A stretch of 64,000 nt of DNA from positions 5,979 through 69,978 of the IMG/VR virus record IMGVR_UViG_3300021387_000091. One strand, given 5' to 3'. The notes under the pieces are model-generated. The model saw only the letters and a program-made list of their open reading frames with translations, was not told the DNA's origin and ran no database searches. The position numbers and the translations under genes were made by a program. Positions 27,601 to 40,032 of the stretch are shown here, piece after piece. This DNA is from a virus. Taxonomy: Duplodnaviria > Heunggongvirae > Uroviricota > Caudoviricetes. Each line of letters opens with the position of its first letter. The stretch's first letter is position 1.

Positions 27601-30600
27601 GAACGAACATAAAATTAGAACAAAAGCATTAAGCCGCAAAGCAGATACGCTTTATAGAAATTTCTTAACACAACTCAACTATATTCAAACACGTATTCCT
27701 TCTCAAGCTATGCAGTCTACCACAAATATAGAAGTAATAGACTTTGCAGATACTGATACCAATTATATTTGAGTACCTAAAATGATATTTAAATTACAAG
27801 GAAGTGATTTGGATATTGATAAGGCGTATTGTATGGGTTATGACGTAGATGATTCAGGAAATATCTATGCTATGTCAGATTTAATATATAAATCTAAATA
27901 TAATGTAGATGATATCCTATCTTTACCTAAGCCCACATATGGCAGTATGCGTTTTAATTATACTGGAGAAGGATCTGATGTTCAATACAATGTCACAAAG
28001 GATATTGATGAGATAATGATTAACGGAGGTTCTGATTTTGAAATTTTACAATACTTAATTGGATTAATGCAAAATAATCCCGGAAGAACTGTATCTATTC
28101 AGTATGCTCCTCAAAGCAATGCTTTTAGAGACAGAATCAAAAATATTGTTGACGATGTTAATATACACGAAAACTCTTTTAGATCTGAATCTGAAATAGA
28201 ACATGCCCTTCGTAATCAAGTATTATCTTCTGCAAGAAGAGTAATGAATAATCCTGCATCTCAGTTGGACGCTTATACACCTATTGCTATGAAAGAGCCT
28301 CGTGATGCTTCTAAACTAAATACTGCATTAGGTTCTAAAGAAAAAGAAATGACTCTAGATAACGCAATGTCTATCTTTATTATGCAAATTCAGAATATGT
28401 CTGGTAAGGAAGTTATTGCTATGACTGCTACCGGTATTAAATCATACTTTATGGTAACAACATACTTTAATACTCTAGCAAAACAGATTGAAAACGATTT
28501 GGCACAATACATTAAAACAAGAGATATTAATCTCATGAACAATATTGTATCTGCTTTAAATGAAATGACATTCAATGGTAAGCTAGATGATACAGAAGTT
28601 CCTTATCTATATACATTTGCTAACATTAATTTCTCAGGAATTCTTGACATAATAAATAGTACACCAGAGTTAAGAGAATCATTAAGGTATGTACCTTATA
28701 CAACACAACTAGAAATTACTCCTGCGAATAGTAGTTTTGAAGTATATGTTAATAATGGAACATTAGAACTAGTAAGACTAATAGAGGATTTGAATCAAAG
28801 AGCTAATGGCAACATTTGACAAATTAATGATAAAGGCAATTATGAATATTTTGTTGTTAATGCGCCGGATTCATTAAGTGCGTTGCTATCAGCAGCAACT
28901 GATAACGCTAAAGAGCTTATTCTAGACAAACTTAATGCAACATCTAAATTTGCAGACATTTATACAACGCTATTGTCACAAGGCGTACCATTTATAAAAA
29001 TTGCACAAATGATGACAAATAATGCATTTAGAATTGTTGCAAAATACGCTCAAAGTAATATATTTGATACAAGTACTTCTGGTTTTAGAGTACAAAATGC
29101 TATTGATTTCGTTCTAAATAAAAAATCTCTTCCAAATATTAGTCAGGGATTGTTTGAAAGGTTCCTCACGGATAATTTTGGAATAACCACCGAACATAAA
29201 CAGAAAGGATTCTTAAAAGCTATTTTTGAAGAAGGATTGAAATTTAAAGACTCTAAAGATAAGGTAAGTAGTCTTCCAGAATTAATTTATGAAGAATTTC
29301 TAACAAGAACTGGACAAACAGAAACTGAATTATTAGAATCTTTAAAAGATAGAAATCTATTATTAAACACTAATAAAAATTCTGCATTAATTATTGGAAC
29401 AATAATTGAAAAAGGAAATAATAATTGGAAAAATGAAATTGCAAGAATTATTCTTGATATGTTTAGTGATATAGACCATCAATCATTAGATGGAGTTACT
29501 GTTGCAGATTATTTGAAATCTGTATTATTACAAAATTTAAGGCAAGGTATTCAGAATTATGCAAATAATACCAGTTCTCCTGTAAATGATAATAATCAAC
29601 AATGAGAACTAGAGCCTGAATACGATCCAATTGAATCAATGATGGATATGAGTGAAGAAGATTGAGAAAATGCTGTTCAATCTAATGCTCAGAGACAGGC
29701 TTATTGATTTAATGGCCCAATCAGAGGAAACGAATTAACAAGACTTTATCGTTATGCTGTACAATATTTTATTCCAAAAACAGAACTTTGAAATGCTTTA
29801 AATAAAGAAAGTCAACGTAAAGCAAAAATGGACTTTGAAAAGTTAAGTTCTCAGATTCTTTATGCTGCACAAGAAATGAAAATCTTAGGTTCAATTGGCA
29901 GTATCAATCAAGGTTTAAGATCTAAAGATTTTGATGAATACAAATTTGCAGCAAATATAGCTAAATTCATAAATCAAGCTTATATTAGTAGAGGTAATGG
30001 AGAAATTACAGAAGAATTTGATTTGTTTAGATTTTTAGGCGATAAAGCATATCATGACAGACACATTAAATATTATGATAAAGTTAAATCAAGTATAAAC
30101 ATTCTTAGAGCATTAGATGCTACTGCAAACTTTAAAGAAATGTTTAATTATGTTTTAGTGAATCGCAAAGTAATTGAGCATTCTGCATCTATTAAACTTG
30201 AAAGAAGTATTGCAAAGTCGTTTGTTAATTCTGTTTCTAAGATTGATGAAAATAGCAGCATTAATCGTGGTTCAACCCTTGTTTTAAATGATCTAGAATT
30301 TAGAATATTAAGTCAATATGTTAGAGATTCTATTGTTTATAACTTCTTTAGAAATCTTGATCATTTAAGATTTGATGTTCCAGCTGGCGAACAGTATTAT
30401 GATCCAACTAAAACAACAACAGGTGAATCAGAGTTAATAAATGCTCGTTCAACACGTTCATTTGATATGAGCAATATTCATAATCTTGCTACATTTAAAC
30501 ATTTAATGGATTGATATATTATTCCAAAACTTCAAATGGATACAAGATTTAAAGATAACGCTTTTATCAAGAATCTTACTAGAGATAGATTTACAGATGA

Positions 30601-32017
30601 AAAAACAAGAAAGGCTATTGTTTCATTTAAAGTAAATGTGCCTCTTGCTAATATAGATAGTTCTCCTAAAGCGAAAGATAAATATAGTGATATTCTTACT
30701 GCTTTTAACGAATTATTATATATGCCGTTAGATTCTGAATCTGCATCCGAAAAGTATAATATTGGCAATTGAACAATCGGAAACCTATTCTTTATTTATA
30801 ATTTACTTGTGAATAAAGATCGTATTGGAACAAATGCAATGACAAGATTATTTGAAGATCTTATTTCTTCTGGAAACACGAGTTCATTGCCTTATATTTA
30901 TTATAAGTACATAAGCGATCTTGATAACGGAAAGATAAAAATCTTCAATCAGGATGGTTCAATAAATCAGGATTCTTTTGTTGCAAACTTGAATGATTTA
31001 AAATACAGACTTTCTGGAACACCTAGAGCAAAAGACAGATTTGGAATAACGGAAAGTAAAACTGGGAAGGCAGTTACTCAAGTTGAAATTATTGAAGATG
31101 TTAATGAAGCTGGAGAACCAATTAGAATTAATCCAGAACCAAATGTATTTAAAGTTTCTGACTATATATTAGGATTACCATTTGCCACACAACTTGTTAG
31201 TGACTTAAAAGGTAGTACACATAATAAGTACGCTGAAGGATTTAATTCCGAAGATACTGTTTTGGCAAGTTCAAAAACTGTTTTTGATACACTTACTCAA
31301 GAATTAGCAGATACATATGGAAAGGATATTCCAGTTGAAGTATTAACTGAAGATGAAATTGATACAGAATTTACAGATAGAACACAAGATGAACGTGATG
31401 CCATGAAAGATGCTACAGGATTTATTGTAGATGGAAATATCTATTTAAATGGTAGTAAAAATAGTCTTGATGCGCCAATGCACGAAATAATGCATTTTAT
31501 TGCTGCTGCTATGAAGTTTAGTAAAGATCAAAAAATTAGAAGTAGTTATTATAAACTTCTTGATTGAGTTACTAACTGATTAGATGGCAAAGTTAAATCT
31601 GGAAGTAAAGATGATACAGAACTTCGTCAGCGCCTTCTTGATAAAACAGGACAATATGGTAATCGTCATATGTCAGATATTAAAGAAGAGATACTGGTAA
31701 CATTACTTGCTAGAGAATTTAAGAATCAATTTAATAGTGTTTGAGGTGATTCTAGAACTATAAATTCTCAATTAGTACAAGCAAATGTAAAGCAAGTTCT
31801 TGCTGATGTACTTAACACAGATAAGGTGCTTGATTTAGATTTTAACGAACTTGGTAATGCAACACTTGGTTCTGTCTTGAAAAAATTTGCATCGCAAATT
31901 CTATCAACCGATTCTACATTATTGTCTATGGCAATAAATCAAAATCAAGAGATGGCCGATTTAAAGGATTTATTGATTAAAAGCGGCTTTATTGAATTAA
32001 GTGAAGATTGTTTATAA
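21677..32017 (+). CDS. Virion RNA polymerase, two-barrel single polypeptide (~3446 aa), with a C-terminal zincin (HExxH) domain
   Basis: 14 fragments in one frame, all ending in TGA except the last (TAA). RIPSQ is followed by GSDLDIDK (27806-27820), matching the crAss-type DFDID catalytic loop; HEIMH at 31481-31495 with a downstream EE. Confidence 0.9.
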
Positions 32018-32020
32018 TAT

Positions 32021-35000
32021 ATGAGTTGTGAAGTAACACTAACTGATAAAATAAAACTCAAGGATCAAAGAAAGGCTTTCTCTTCGGAGGAAGCCTTCGA
32101 TTCTTGGTTATTTGAAAATAGAGTCGCCATTAGTCAGCAATTAGAAACTTCTGGTTTTAAATCCGACAAAGTTAGTCCTACATTTGCTATTACCCTTACT
32201 CCGGTTGAGGAAAGAAAGGCAAAATGAGATAAGTTCCTATCAGACATGTCCGGATTACATAGTAGAGCCAAAGATACTTCTGGATTATTTACTGGCGCTG
32301 GTATGGATCGTATTATCACAATGGGAACTACAACATTATTCAAATACGTTGGTAATGCTGATGATATGAATAAGCCAGTTAATGAATTTGATTCAGTTGC
32401 ACAAAGAAACGCTTTTATGGATCGTATGAAAAACAAAGGTTTATCTGAAGCAGAAGCTGAAAGAAAGTGACAAGCAAGAGAGAAAATTCATAAACTTACT
32501 ACAATAGATGGTACAATTTTTGGTGCTCTTGTTCAAGATAGTTTAACAAATACAACAAAGGATATAGACGCTCTTAGAACCAGAAAGGATTTTCAAGATA
32601 ATTTAAAAAGTGTTGGTTTAACCACAGAACAAGCAATTCAGCGTGTAAGTTCAATTGCAAATTCAGCAATTAAACAAATAAAATCAGAAATCTTTAGTAA
32701 GTACGGAAGCGATGCTAGAATTTTTACAGAAGTAGAGGTGTTTTCAAAATATCTTAGTAAAGATTTTAGTGCAGCTTTACATGTTGCATCTCTTCATAGT
32801 GGTAGAAAGGAAAACGCTAATACTGTAAATGGTTTCTTAGATATCGTTGTACAAGATTCATCTGGGCAATTGCACACATTTGATGTTAAATTATCTACAC
32901 ATAAAGCACAAGATTGATGGTCTCCAAGTGTAGAATATTCTAACTGAAAATACAATGAAATTTCAGCTCAACAAATGGCTTATGCAACAATGGCGGCTCA
33001 ATGAGGCGTTGATTTTCAATCTATTAATATTATACCAGCTTATGTTGAATACGATGATGATGGAAATATTCAAGCTATTACAAAAGAAGATTTTAGAACA
33101 TTTAGTTTAACAAATCCTTATGCTATTGCTTGTGAAAGATATTTTCCTGTTCATACAGTAACAGATTCTAAAGTAATTAGAAATCTATCAAAGTTAATGG
33201 AAGAATTGTATCCTGGTTTGCAACTTGATACAAAAGCACAGACTGTACAGTATACCAAAGATTTCATTATGAATAAACTTGTAAAAGAGCGTAATGGAAA
33301 GTATTGGTTAAAACTTGATAGTAATTATGATGATGGTAATTCTCTTTTAAATAAGGAAATTTCCTTTAATACAAAAGAGGAAATGGAAACGTTTGTTACA
33401 GAGGATTATATTCCAAAAATGAACGCAGTTTTCTCTAGTGAACTTCGTAATTTTGCTAAAGATTTTAGAAGAATATCAAATTCAAATAAATCAAGGCAAT
33501 CTATTACAGATGATTTAATGGAAGTTGCACGTGGTATTACAAAAGATAAATCAAAGCAAGAATGGATTGTTAATAAATTCAAAAAGTACGCAGTACAACA
33601 TTGGGATTTGGTTTCAGATGAAGATAATTTACTTGCAGACTACGGAATATTTATCTTTAAGAGAAACGGACTTGCTGAAATCATAATGATTGATAAAACA
33701 GATCTTTATGCAAAAGTTGAACTAGGAAAAGCAAAAAATACTACAGTTCTCGGCAATCTTCAACATAACCTTGATCCAGGAATGGATGACTTAAATGTTA
33801 TGCAATCGCTTAGAGGCAATCTTATGCTTATGAAAGCACTTGCTTTTGTTAGTCAAAATGATATGACTCTGTTTAACAACGTTAAAATCCAAGCCATCAA
33901 AGCATTAAACTTACGATGGGGACAAGAAATATCAGAAGCTAACGGAAAACTATTGAATAACTGAAATCGTCTTGCAAGTATATATAACATAAAAAATGAT
34001 GGTGATTCTTCGAAAACAAAATTAAGAACTATTAGTGATAATAGTCTTTTATCAACAACGCTATCATATGTAAATCAAGCAAACGATATTGCAGAAACTT
34101 TCTTAACAGATAAAGTTCATTTCAAAGGTCATATGGATAGACTTGGAAGTTTTTCTGATGATAGTGCAGAAGATATTCTTCGATATATGAAAAACCTTGC
34201 ATCTGAATACAATGTAACAAAAACTGAAGATTGGAGCGTACATACGGATGCATTTGAAGCATATAAATTATTAATGCAAGCTTATATGTCTGTACGAGGC
34301 TGGATAATGTCTGTAGAAAATGATGTCGGCGACTATATATCAAACAAAATCTTCCTTTCTGGTACACGTTCATCCTCTCCAGCAGAATCTCCATCTACAA
34401 CACTTCGTATATTCAATCAAATTGAAACTACATATGAACAAAAACTTCGTGATGAATTTAAAGCTATTGTTTTTCCATGGCAAAATTTAATGGCTGAAGT
34501 TTATAAAGAAAATGGTGGTGATAATCTATTCGGAAATGAAAGAAATCTTTTCAAAATGTGCTTTGAAAGAGATTCAGAGGATAATATCACACAAGACTTT
34601 TGTTTAATTCCACCGGATGAAAATCCTTATCTTGCAAATAAACCAAAGCTTAAAGCACTAGTTCAAATGTTCTTAGAAAAGATAAATGAAATTAGAATTC
34701 CAAATGAAAATGAACGTGAGGCTTTAGCACTTCGTAGAGGTAGTGTTTATTATCAAGTCCCTCTTACAGAAGCAAGTTTTACGCAACAAGTACTAAATGG
34801 AAATCTTTGAGATGCCATTAAATTAAAAGCTCAAAATACATTTAGTGAAGTAAAGAACTTTGCTTATGGACATCCTATGTCTAACTGAGAAATAAAACAA
34901 TTTAATGATGTAGGAAAGGATAGAGTTTATGATCCGTATTTAAATATTTCTGATGAAGCACAAACCTCACGAGCAGAACAACTTAGTGGAGAAAAAACAG

Positions 35001-36682
35001 AATCTGGAAGAAAATATTCTGTTAATACATTTGAAACAAGTCTTGATACAGTTTTCTTAAAAGCAATGGCTTCTGCTCTTCGTGCAAGAGTTAGTGAAGA
35101 ATTTATGCCTCTATTTACTGGAATGCGTGCTATTCTTGCGTTTAATAATAATGTAAATGGTGCTGAAATTCCAGGAATTACTAAAGCATTAGACGACTTT
35201 ATTAAATCTGCTGTTTTCGGTAAACTTATTATAGAACCTTCTAATCAAACGATTTATCATATAATTGGATTACTTAGAGCTATAACATCTACTACAGCTC
35301 TTGCTTTCAACTCAGTATCTTTTACACGAGAAATGTTAACTTCTGCTATTAGAACAAGCATTAATAAAGAAATTGATCCTATAATGAAAGGGCAATTCTC
35401 TCAAGCAGATTATGTAGCAGCAATGTTTGATATTATTGAAAAATCTCCAGAAAACTTAGATGTCAGAAGTAAATATATGCAGTTAAATTTTATTTACGGA
35501 TTAGCAAATGCATCTGAAGAACATTTGGCAAATGCGTCAAAATCTAATTGAGCAAATCTCGCTAACTGGACGGATGATATTCTTTTCTGAACATCTACTT
35601 CTCCGGATTTTGTTCATAGAAACGGAATTTTAACAGCTGTTCTTAAGCATCGTGGTTCGTGAGAGGCTTATGAATTGAATGAGAATAATGAACTTGTATA
35701 TGATATGAGTAAAGATAAATTTTATGAGGTTTTTTGAAAATATAAAGATCATTATTCTGAAATAATGGACGATAAAACCAAACTACAGTTTAAAGAGCAG
35801 GAACAATACTATATTAACGCTCTTAATGACTGAAATAGAAGTTACGGAATGAATCTAAAGTATGGAGACGCTCTTCCACAAGCATTATCTCCTCAAGAAG
35901 CTAATGGTATAAGAGTTTATGCAGATCATTTATATGGTAACTATGATAGAAACACAAAATCACTTTTACAAAAAAGTTTAATTGGTTCTGTTGTATTGCA
36001 ATTCAAGACTTACACTTTACAACAATTCTTACAAAATGTTAGAGATACCGGACATATCAATGTTACTAAACAAATTCATCGTAAAACCGATGATGGCGAA
36101 AAGCTATATTGAATTCCATCTGTAACTATGGAAGAATTTGATGAACATGGAGCTTGTAGAATTGTAAAGGAAAGTGAGTTAGAAAATCTGACACAAGAAG
36201 AACGTGATAGAGCTCAGCCATATATTGAATTTGTTGGTAGTCCTACTGGTGGTAAAATAGCAACTACTGTAGAAATGGCAAAAGATGTATTGTTTAATCA
36301 AGATAAATTTCTTGAAAATTGAAAAAATCAAGTATATAGAGCTAATTTATATATGTCTCTTATAGACAATCTTGGAATGCTTATTATGGCAATGCTTCTT
36401 AGACTTATGTATGGTGAAGATACTATTAAAGATATTAAGTCTGAAGATTGGTGAACAAGATGGACATATACTGTTTTAATGGGCGTTGCCCAGGATGGAC
36501 CAATTGATCAAGTAATAAATGGCATTATTGGTAATGGTACACCACCATCTATTGCCACACTTCAATCTTTTTATAGAAATGCTCATAATGTTATAACTGG
36601 CAATGATTCTGCTATCTATGGATTTATGAATTCATTTGGTGCAACAAGACAATTTGCTGGTATGTTTAATAACGTTAGATAG
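32021..36682 (+). CDS. Large putative ejected protein (~1553 aa) with an N-terminal PD-(D/E)xK (RecB-like) nuclease domain
   Basis: Eight fragments in frame; TAG at 36680-36682. Motifs FTEVEV...GFLDIVV (D at 32840)...FDVK (32879-32890)...QQMAY. Confidence 0.75.
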
Positions 36683-36730
36683 AAAAAATAAGCCCCCTAC
36701 TCATCCAAACGGACGGGTAGGGGGCTTTTG
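36683..36730. terminator. Bidirectional intrinsic terminator between the convergent gene blocks
   Basis: AAGCCCCCTAC (36690-36700) / GTAGGGGGCTT (36717-36727), flanked by an A-tract and a T-tract. Confidence 0.9.
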
Positions 36731-36732
36731 TA

Positions 36733-37446
36733 TTATATTAAAGTTTTAATATTATAAAATAATTCTTTTAGAGAACCTTCATTTGGTATCACAAAATCAA
36801 ACAAATTTGCATTGTATAAATCAATTACTTCTTTTTCAGAAGCATGTGATCCAGGTTTAGCCTCAGATCTAGAAATATAAATTATAGTTCCTTTCCTTTT
36901 ATATATTTCCATCATTTCTGTTTTAAAACGCAAATCAGATATAATTAAATTTTCATTAGACTGTGCATTTAATGTTGCATTTATTCAAGTTTTATCACCT
37001 AAAAATTTTCTTACAACATTAGTTCCATAATACTGCATGAGTTGCCTTATGGAAACAACATTATTTTCTGGAAGCGGTTCTCCTGTCTTAATACATTTCT
37101 GAAATTTATTTTCCGATAATTTAACAGCATCTGGTACATCTGTTTTTGGATATAATTCTAATGTATCAAGATTTACATAATAATTCTCTTTGTTATATCT
37201 ATCATTAAATCATTCTATAGGACGATTTAAAATAACAGATAACGATTGCTTAAGTGGTTTTGCAAAAGCTGTAATTTTTCATTTGTTTTTAAAAGGCCAT
37301 TTTTTCAAATAATTATAACATCAATACGTTTGAAAAAATTTTGGCACATTTAAAAGATACAATAGCATATTAGCACATGTATCTTTACCGCTATTTTTTA
37401 GTCCAGCTATAGCTATTAACTTGTAATTTCGTAATGGAGTTGCCAT
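36733..37446 (-). CDS. Deoxynucleoside monophosphate kinase (237 aa; TGA=Trp)
   Basis: N-terminal IAIAGLKNSGKDT P-loop; FAKPLK and LGDKT[TGA]IN...IISDLRF motifs; frame continuous with track ORF 36733-36933. Confidence 0.85.
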
Positions 37447-37796
37447 TTATCCATACTTAATAATTGGTTGATAAATATGTACTTCTCCTGATTTACAAAA
37501 TCTAAAAATACATAATCTTGTCCTATTACATCACACAAAGTTTTTATTTGTGCGTCTGTAATAGGTTTTTCTTTATCTCTTGTGTCTAAACATATGATAT
37601 GATTGCCATGCTGCTTAATTCACCCGTTAAGCTCAAGTCATCTATCTGGATTATTTGTTTTCGGAATGATTCCAGAATCCATTAAACCGTTAGATAATCC
37701 CAAATGGAGATATGTTATTTGCGGATCACTAGAACCATAATAATCTCCATTTGGTGCTATTCACCCAGCAGCCTTACATTTATTTGTTGGACTCAT
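37416..37796 (-). CDS. Hypothetical protein (126 aa; TGA=Trp)
   Basis: ATG 37796 to TAA, open only if TGA is read through; G[W]IAPNGDYY motif; overlaps both neighbours tightly. Confidence 0.65.
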
Positions 37797-38364
37797 AATC
37801 AGTATTTCGATATTTCTTTAATGCATCTTGATATGCTTGAGTATTAACATATCCACAACTATCCATTTCTGGACAAAATCCTCTAAATACACAATTAGGT
37901 ACACATTTTTCTGCCATTATTGGATCTATTTCTCCAACTGCTTTTACAACTTTCTGTCAAGCATCTCTTGTATCTGGAGATGCTTTATTGCAAAGTCGCT
38001 TACGAGAGATGTTAATCATCGCTTGAGCATTAACAGAAAAATCCATATCGTTTAATGCACCTTGAGGCAATTCATCTCTGGGTACATCTAACTTTCTTCT
38101 ATCATCTCGCTGTGAATGAACAAATGGAATAAATCCTAGCCAATGCCTAACTAAATGTACAGTTACTCACTGTTTAATATCTTGAAATGTTATATCATAT
38201 TCAACTAATCTAATTGGAGAATGCTCAGCTAATAACATTTTTGCTTTTCAAGAATCAGATGGCTCTTTATCAAGTGGTTTTTTACCTACAGTTCTACGAG
38301 CAGCATTAAGAGCTCGTTTTCATGTAGTAGCAAATTCAGCTCTAGTTACTTTTGTTGGAAACAT
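37780..38364 (-). CDS. thyX: Flavin-dependent thymidylate synthase ThyX (194 aa; TGA=Trp)
   Basis: AEHSPIR, Q[W]VTVHLVRH, HSQRDDR and INISRKRLC motifs. Confidence 0.85.
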
Positions 38365-38659
38365 CTTGGTTAAACATTTTTAAACCATTATCAAACAGAT
38401 CATTTTTTGCACAAATTCGTGTAAATTCAAATTCTGTTAATTCATCTTCAGTTATATCAATTGAATCTGATATAAAATATGTACAATTATTATTTGCCTT
38501 ATAATTAAAATGAACTTGTAGGGTTTTGGTATTTAGTTTATATATACTTAACTGTGTGTTGTCGGTTGCATATTCCAAGCAAGAATTACAGCCAATAGGT
38601 GTTAAATTTCTTAAACAATAAAACGCCAGGTCTTTCAAATCTTTTATATTATTTTTCAT
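38342..38659 (-). CDS. Hypothetical protein (105 aa)
   Basis: ORF track; ATG to TAG; packed in the operon. Confidence 0.6.
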   Translation of the reverse strand: MKNNIKDLKDLAFYCLRNLTPIGCNSCLEYATDNTQLSIYKLNTKTLQVHFNYKANNNCTYFISDSIDITEDELTEFEFTRICAKNDLFDNGLKMFNQDVSNKSN

Positions 38660-38660
38660 A

Positions 38661-38831
38661 TTATATATCGGTTTTAATAAGTATGTAACTATATCCTTTA
38701 TTTTCAGGATAAGCGGCTTCTATTGTATGTTTAGCTTCAAAAGAGTCTTTTGCAGAAACCCACTCATTAAAAGAATCATCTATTTTAAACAGACTATTCT
38801 TATGAATTATATTAAATGTATATTTTCCCAT
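38661..38831 (-). CDS. Small hypothetical protein (56 aa), paralog of the upstream gene
   Basis: Manual translation MGKYTFNII...VSAKDSFEAKHTIEAAYPENKGYSYILIKTDI. Confidence 0.6.
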   Translation of the reverse strand: MGKYTFNIIHKNSLFKIDDSFNEWVSAKDSFEAKHTIEAAYPENKGYSYILIKTDI

Positions 38832-38971
38832 TATATTAACATGTAATGATAACCTTCTGAATAAGGATATTCTTCTTGTATCATGTCTATAGCTTCATCT
38901 TCAGAATGTGCGTTTACTTCTAATTGAAAAGAAATAGAACCAATACCTATTATAAAGTTATATGTTTTCAT
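38831..38971 (-). CDS. Small hypothetical protein (46 aa)
   Basis: Manual translation MKTYNFII...VNAHSEDEAIDMIQEEYPYSEGYHYMLI; TAATG overlap with the next gene. Confidence 0.6.
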   Translation of the reverse strand: MKTYNFIIGIGSISFQLEVNAHSEDEAIDMIQEEYPYSEGYHYMLI

Positions 38972-39368
38972 AATACTTTTTATAAAAATTTCTTATAACA
39001 TCTTCTCCAACAGAATTATCTCTATTTCTATCTCTTTCTATTGCAACATCTAATGGTACTTTAAATTCTTTAAATTCAATATCACATTGAGTTATATCTG
39101 CAACCTCTTTCCAACCATCGATATATTTTGGATTTAAATTTGTATCGTCAACAATTACATTCCATCCAAGAAGAATCGCCTCTTCCGCAATATCATATTC
39201 AACAGCTTCAACTAGATATTCGCGTTTGGGAAGTCAATACTTCCCAAACATTTTGCGAATATCATCACGGTTTACACGAATCCAATTAGAATTATTTTCA
39301 ACAAATTCTTTAGCTCATGTACTCTTTCCTGAAGCTGGAATACCTTGGCAAACTATTATTTTAGACAT
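38958..39368 (-). CDS. Polynucleotide kinase, kinase domain only (AAA_33-like; 136 aa; TGA=Trp)
   Basis: IIVCQGIPASGKST[W]A, RVNRDDIR, VIVDDTN and AIERDRNR motifs. Confidence 0.85.
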
Positions 39369-40032
39369 CTTGATTAATAAATTTTAATTTAGACATTTTC
39401 AAAGCACCATCAGTATATTCTTTTAAACGATTCCTATGTTTTATAAAATATTCATAAAAAACATTAAATATTGTATTCCAATCAGTGCATTGACCATTTA
39501 CAATTTCTTTATATGCGATTTGTGGTTCTTTAAAATTAAGTATTTTGTGGTTTTCTATAATTTGATTTATAAACATTACATCTCTAATTATATTCCATAA
39601 AACCTTTTGTGCTGTTATTGTATTTCCAGCTTTAAACATGTTTTCAGCTGTTGGAATACAAGCTTTATAATGTTTATCAAAATCTTTTCTTAATTGCAAT
39701 GGATTTGTTTCAAGTAGTAGCTTTACATGCTCTTTATGAATAAATTTCTTTGGCAAACATGCACAAATCCAAGCCAATAAATCTCCTCTTAACACTCTTT
39801 CAAACCAGTCTTTTATAAATATTATTTCAAATTGTAAATTTTCATTTTCAGAATCACAAAATCCAACTATATTTCCATAGGAGCCCTGTGCTTTAGGAAA
39901 ATTCGGAATATAATCATTTTCACAAATGATAATAAAATCTCTATCCTTTACACTTGGAAATAACCCGTATATTTGTAATCCAACTTCGTAAATATATAAT
40001 ACCTTAGGATCTTCAATTAGTTTATTAAGCAT
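39361..40032 (-). CDS. Pol-beta-like nucleotidyltransferase-fold protein (223 aa)
   Basis: LYIYEVGLQIYG...KDRDFIII resembles the hG[GS]-x-YG...D-x-D NTase signature; start reassigned to ATG 40032. Confidence 0.55.
   Translation of the reverse strand: MLNKLIEDPKVLYIYEVGLQIYGLFPSVKDRDFIIICENDYIPNFPKAQGSYGNIVGFCDSENENLQFEIIFIKDWFERVLRGDLLAWICACLPKKFIHKEHVKLLLETNPLQLRKDFDKHYKACIPTAENMFKAGNTITAQKVLWNIIRDVMFINQIIENHKILNFKEPQIAYKEIVNGQCTDWNTIFNVFYEYFIKHRNRLKEYTDGALKMSKLKFINQDV

Noticed and set aside
27-36682. Apparent fragmentation of the + strand into dozens of short ORFs (pseudogene field)
   Set aside because: All fragments of each gene share one frame and are separated only by TGA. Reading TGA as Trp yields intact genes.
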